From: Mizuhopecten yessoensis
Lineage: Eukaryota
DNA length: 64,000 nucleotides
Assembly (NCBI RefSeq): GCF_002113885.1
Contig: NW_018406672.1
Coordinates: 1,868,420-1,932,419 of the forward strand
Reading direction: 5' to 3'
Shown here piece by piece: positions 61,367 through 64,000 of this stretch. The translations under genes were made by a program, and so were the position numbers. Numbering within the stretch: position 1 is the stretch's first letter; every line of letters begins with the position of its first letter. The notes beneath the pieces are model-generated. The model was not told the DNA's origin. It did no database searches and was given only the letters and a program-made list of their open reading frames with translations.

Positions 61367-63107
61367 TGTAGCGGAACTGAGCTTGGTTGATCATCGGTGT
61401 ACATGTACCTACCTCAATTGGTAGAACGTCCGTCTAGAGGTCAGAGGGTCCCAGGTTTGAACCCCAGTCTGGCTGTTCATTTTTTCTCTCTTCTAATACA
61501 TTTGGTGCCGTGACTTGAAGACACACGAGACCCTATACCATCTTCCGTGTGTATGTTTCGTTGGGCACCAAATGTAGTAGGAGCGAAAACAAGAGGCCCA
61601 GAGGGCCTGTATCGCTCACCTGGATACCAAAGCAATTATGGCAAAATATTCTCCGAATGAGATCAAGGGAATATGCTAGACCCCAAGGCCAATCCTTGAA
61701 GCATATCTGTATTAGATTCTTCATGCCCAGCAATTTTATGTATGGTTATGGGGTGGGGATCTCAACTGTTTCCAAGCTTTGACTCAGAAACTAGGTCCCT
61801 AGGGTTGTGGCCAGACCCCAGGATCAATTCTAATATCGTGACTGCCTTTGTCTCTTTTTGCCTAGCATTTGTATATAAAGTTTTGGGGTGGGGATCTCAA
61901 CCATTTCAAAGTTATGACCCAGGGGTTAAGTCTCCAAGGGTGGGGCGGTCCCCAAGGCCATCCTGGAAACATAAGTGCAATCATCTCTTTATACTCAGTA
62001 ATTGTATATACCATTATAGGGTGGGGCTCTCAACTGTTTCCAAGCTGTGACTAACAAACTAGGTCCCTAAGGGTTCGGTCAGACCCCAGGGTCTATTCTG
62101 ATATCATGACTGCATTCGTCTTTTTATGCCCAGCATCTGTATATATAGTTTTGGGGTGGGGATCTCAACAATTTTAAAGTTATGGCCCAGGGACTATGTC
62201 TCCAAGGGTGGGGCAAGACCCTAGAGCCATCCTGGAAGCAAATGTGCATTCTTCTCTTTATACTCAGCAATTGTATACCACGGTTATATGGTGAGGATCT
62301 CAACCATTTCCAAGTAATAATCTTTTTTTGGCCCAACCCCTTAGCCCGGGGAGTCAGCCCCACCATTTGTACAATTTTAAATCCCTGCCTCCCATGAATG
62401 CTTCCGACCAAATATGATCAATATCCATGGCATAGTTCTTCAGTAGAAGTCGTTTATAGCAATATAGCAAAATTGACCCCTTTTTGGCCCCGCCCTCAGC
62501 CCCACCATTTGTATAATTTTGAATCCTCACCACCTAGGGATGCTTCCTGTCAAATATGGTTGATATCCACCTCTAAGTTCCAGAGAAGAAGTCGCATAAA
62601 GCAATATTGCAAAATTGACCCCTTTTTGCCAAGTACGCCTCTCAGCCCCCTGGGGGGTCAGCTCCATCATTTGTACAATTTTGAATCCCTGACACCTAGG
62701 GATGCCTCCAGTCAAATATGGTTGATATCGACTTCTTAGTTCAAGAGAAGTCGATTAAAGCAATATAGCCACATTGACTCCTTTTGGCCCTGCCCCTCAG
62801 CCCCCTGGGGGGTCAGCCCAACCATTTGTACAATTTTGAATCTCCACCACCTAGGGATGCTTTCAGTCAAATTTAGTTGAATTCCAATCAGTGGTTAAGA
62901 AGAAGAAGTCGTTTAAAGAAATTGTTGACATACGGACGGACGGACGCAACGGTATGGCATAAGCTCACCTTAGTCCTACGGACCAGTTGAGCTAAAAATG
63001 CACGTCCAAACCAGGATTCGAAACTGGTACCCTCCAAACTCTTAACTGGCGCTCTACCAATTGAGGTACCTGGTCGCCGATGATCGACCTAGTCCAGATC
63101 TGCTACA
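61367..63107. mobile_element. Inverted pair of tRNA-like LTRs, each followed by a PBS; right LTR interrupted by a HINE
   Basis: Plus LTR TGTAGCGG...TAATACA (61367-61500) with TGGTGCCGTGACT (61503-61515). Minus LTR TGTAGCAG...CCTACTACA (63107-61573, split by an insertion) with TGGTGCCC (from 61570). Confidence 0.65.
61588..62998 (-). mobile_element. Full-length Helentron/HINE-type element with internal repeats
   Basis: AACAAGAGGCCCAGAGGGCCTGTATCGCTCACCTGG ... (GGAC)n ... AGCTCACCTTAGTCCTACGGACCAGTTGAGCTAAAAA; inserted in an A-run. Confidence 0.8.
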
Positions 63108-63169
63108 GTTGTACAAACTGCATTGAACAAAACTTGAAATAGTGCTGAATTGCACTGTGAAATGTAACA

Positions 63170-63310
63170 CAGCAGTCGCCAGGTACTTGACGTAGGTCGG
63201 TGTTTTTTCCTCGGGGAACTCCGGCTTTCCCCCAACACCAAAACCTGGCACGTTCTTAAATGACCATAGCTGTAAATAGGACTTAAAACACAAACAAACT
63301 AAATCAAACT
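63170..63310 (+). mobile_element. 5'-truncated V-type SINE
   Basis: Matches the 3' half of the SINEs at 38956 and 48055. Confidence 0.7.
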
Positions 63311-64000
63311 AAAGTAACAATGCTTGCCAGTTTCACAAGATAGATAAGACCTGAACTTAGAACTATGTAGGTCAGGGCACCACTGTTATCATGGGATATT
63401 TTTGCACTACAGAAGTTTTCACTGGTTTTTCGTGTTGAAATAATGTAAAGGAATGCACAAACATATTGATGCAATATACAGTGAAACTTCGATAAGTTGA
63501 ACTTCGAAGAAAATCAAATTTCTCATTGTGTGGAAAAACAGCAAGATCCGGAATCTTTTCCTTATACACAATACTACTGATATTCTATTTATGAATTATA
63601 CTTTGATGAGTTGAATTTCTTTTCTGTTTTGAACAACAATCAAGGTCCTATCGTTTGGAAAACATTGAAGATTACAATTACCTGTACAAGAATGTTAAAA
63701 AGTCCTGCAATCATTTTACCACCTGAATATGTAAATTACAGTTTATAAATACAAATGTACATGAAAGATATTTTTCTAATTGCATTAAATCAAATGTTTA
63801 TAGATTTCAAATTGAACTTTTTGCCTTTGAACAGGCAAACTGGTGTATAAATAAATGGAACTTTTTTTTAATTTCTTTAAATCCAATGTTTTCAGATTTC
63901 AATTCAATTTTTTGCCTTTTTTTTGTGTTCCGTCCTTTACAATCAAATAGTCTTATGCAGTTTATACTGGATCTCGAAGATGTTAGAAATTCAACAAATG

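Overview
AT-rich eukaryotic genomic DNA with spliceosomal introns. The repeat families (V-, Meta- and Deu/CORE-type tRNA SINEs, Helentron/HINE-type elements with internal tandem repeats) suggest a bivalve mollusc, possibly a scallop (inference). Contents from left to right: (1) a tandem array of a 3928-bp unit (3420-13774, three copies, the first cut by an assembly join at 6007). Each complete unit holds a minus-strand orphan gene for a basic, disordered protein with repeated LPPI motifs, a double-CRE promoter and a hidden array of about 13 diverged ~38-nt repeats in the putative 3'UTR. (2) A RING/B-box/B-box/coiled-coil/NHL TRIM gene with an intronless CDS (24250-26232, minus). (3) A decayed Ty3/Gypsy pol remnant (about 30990-33930, minus). 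(4) Two tandem pirin paralogues with eight coding exons each (34362-42634 and 55921/56104-61320, plus); the second has a 61-aa hydrophobic N-terminal extension. Scattered among these are Penelope-type minimal hammerhead ribozyme motifs (one sense-oriented in a pirin intron), miniature LTR elements with tRNA-like LTRs (one direct, one inverted double-PBS pair), SINEs, MITEs and minisatellites. There is no CRISPR array, rRNA or convincing tRNA gene. All calls were made by eye with no database searches.
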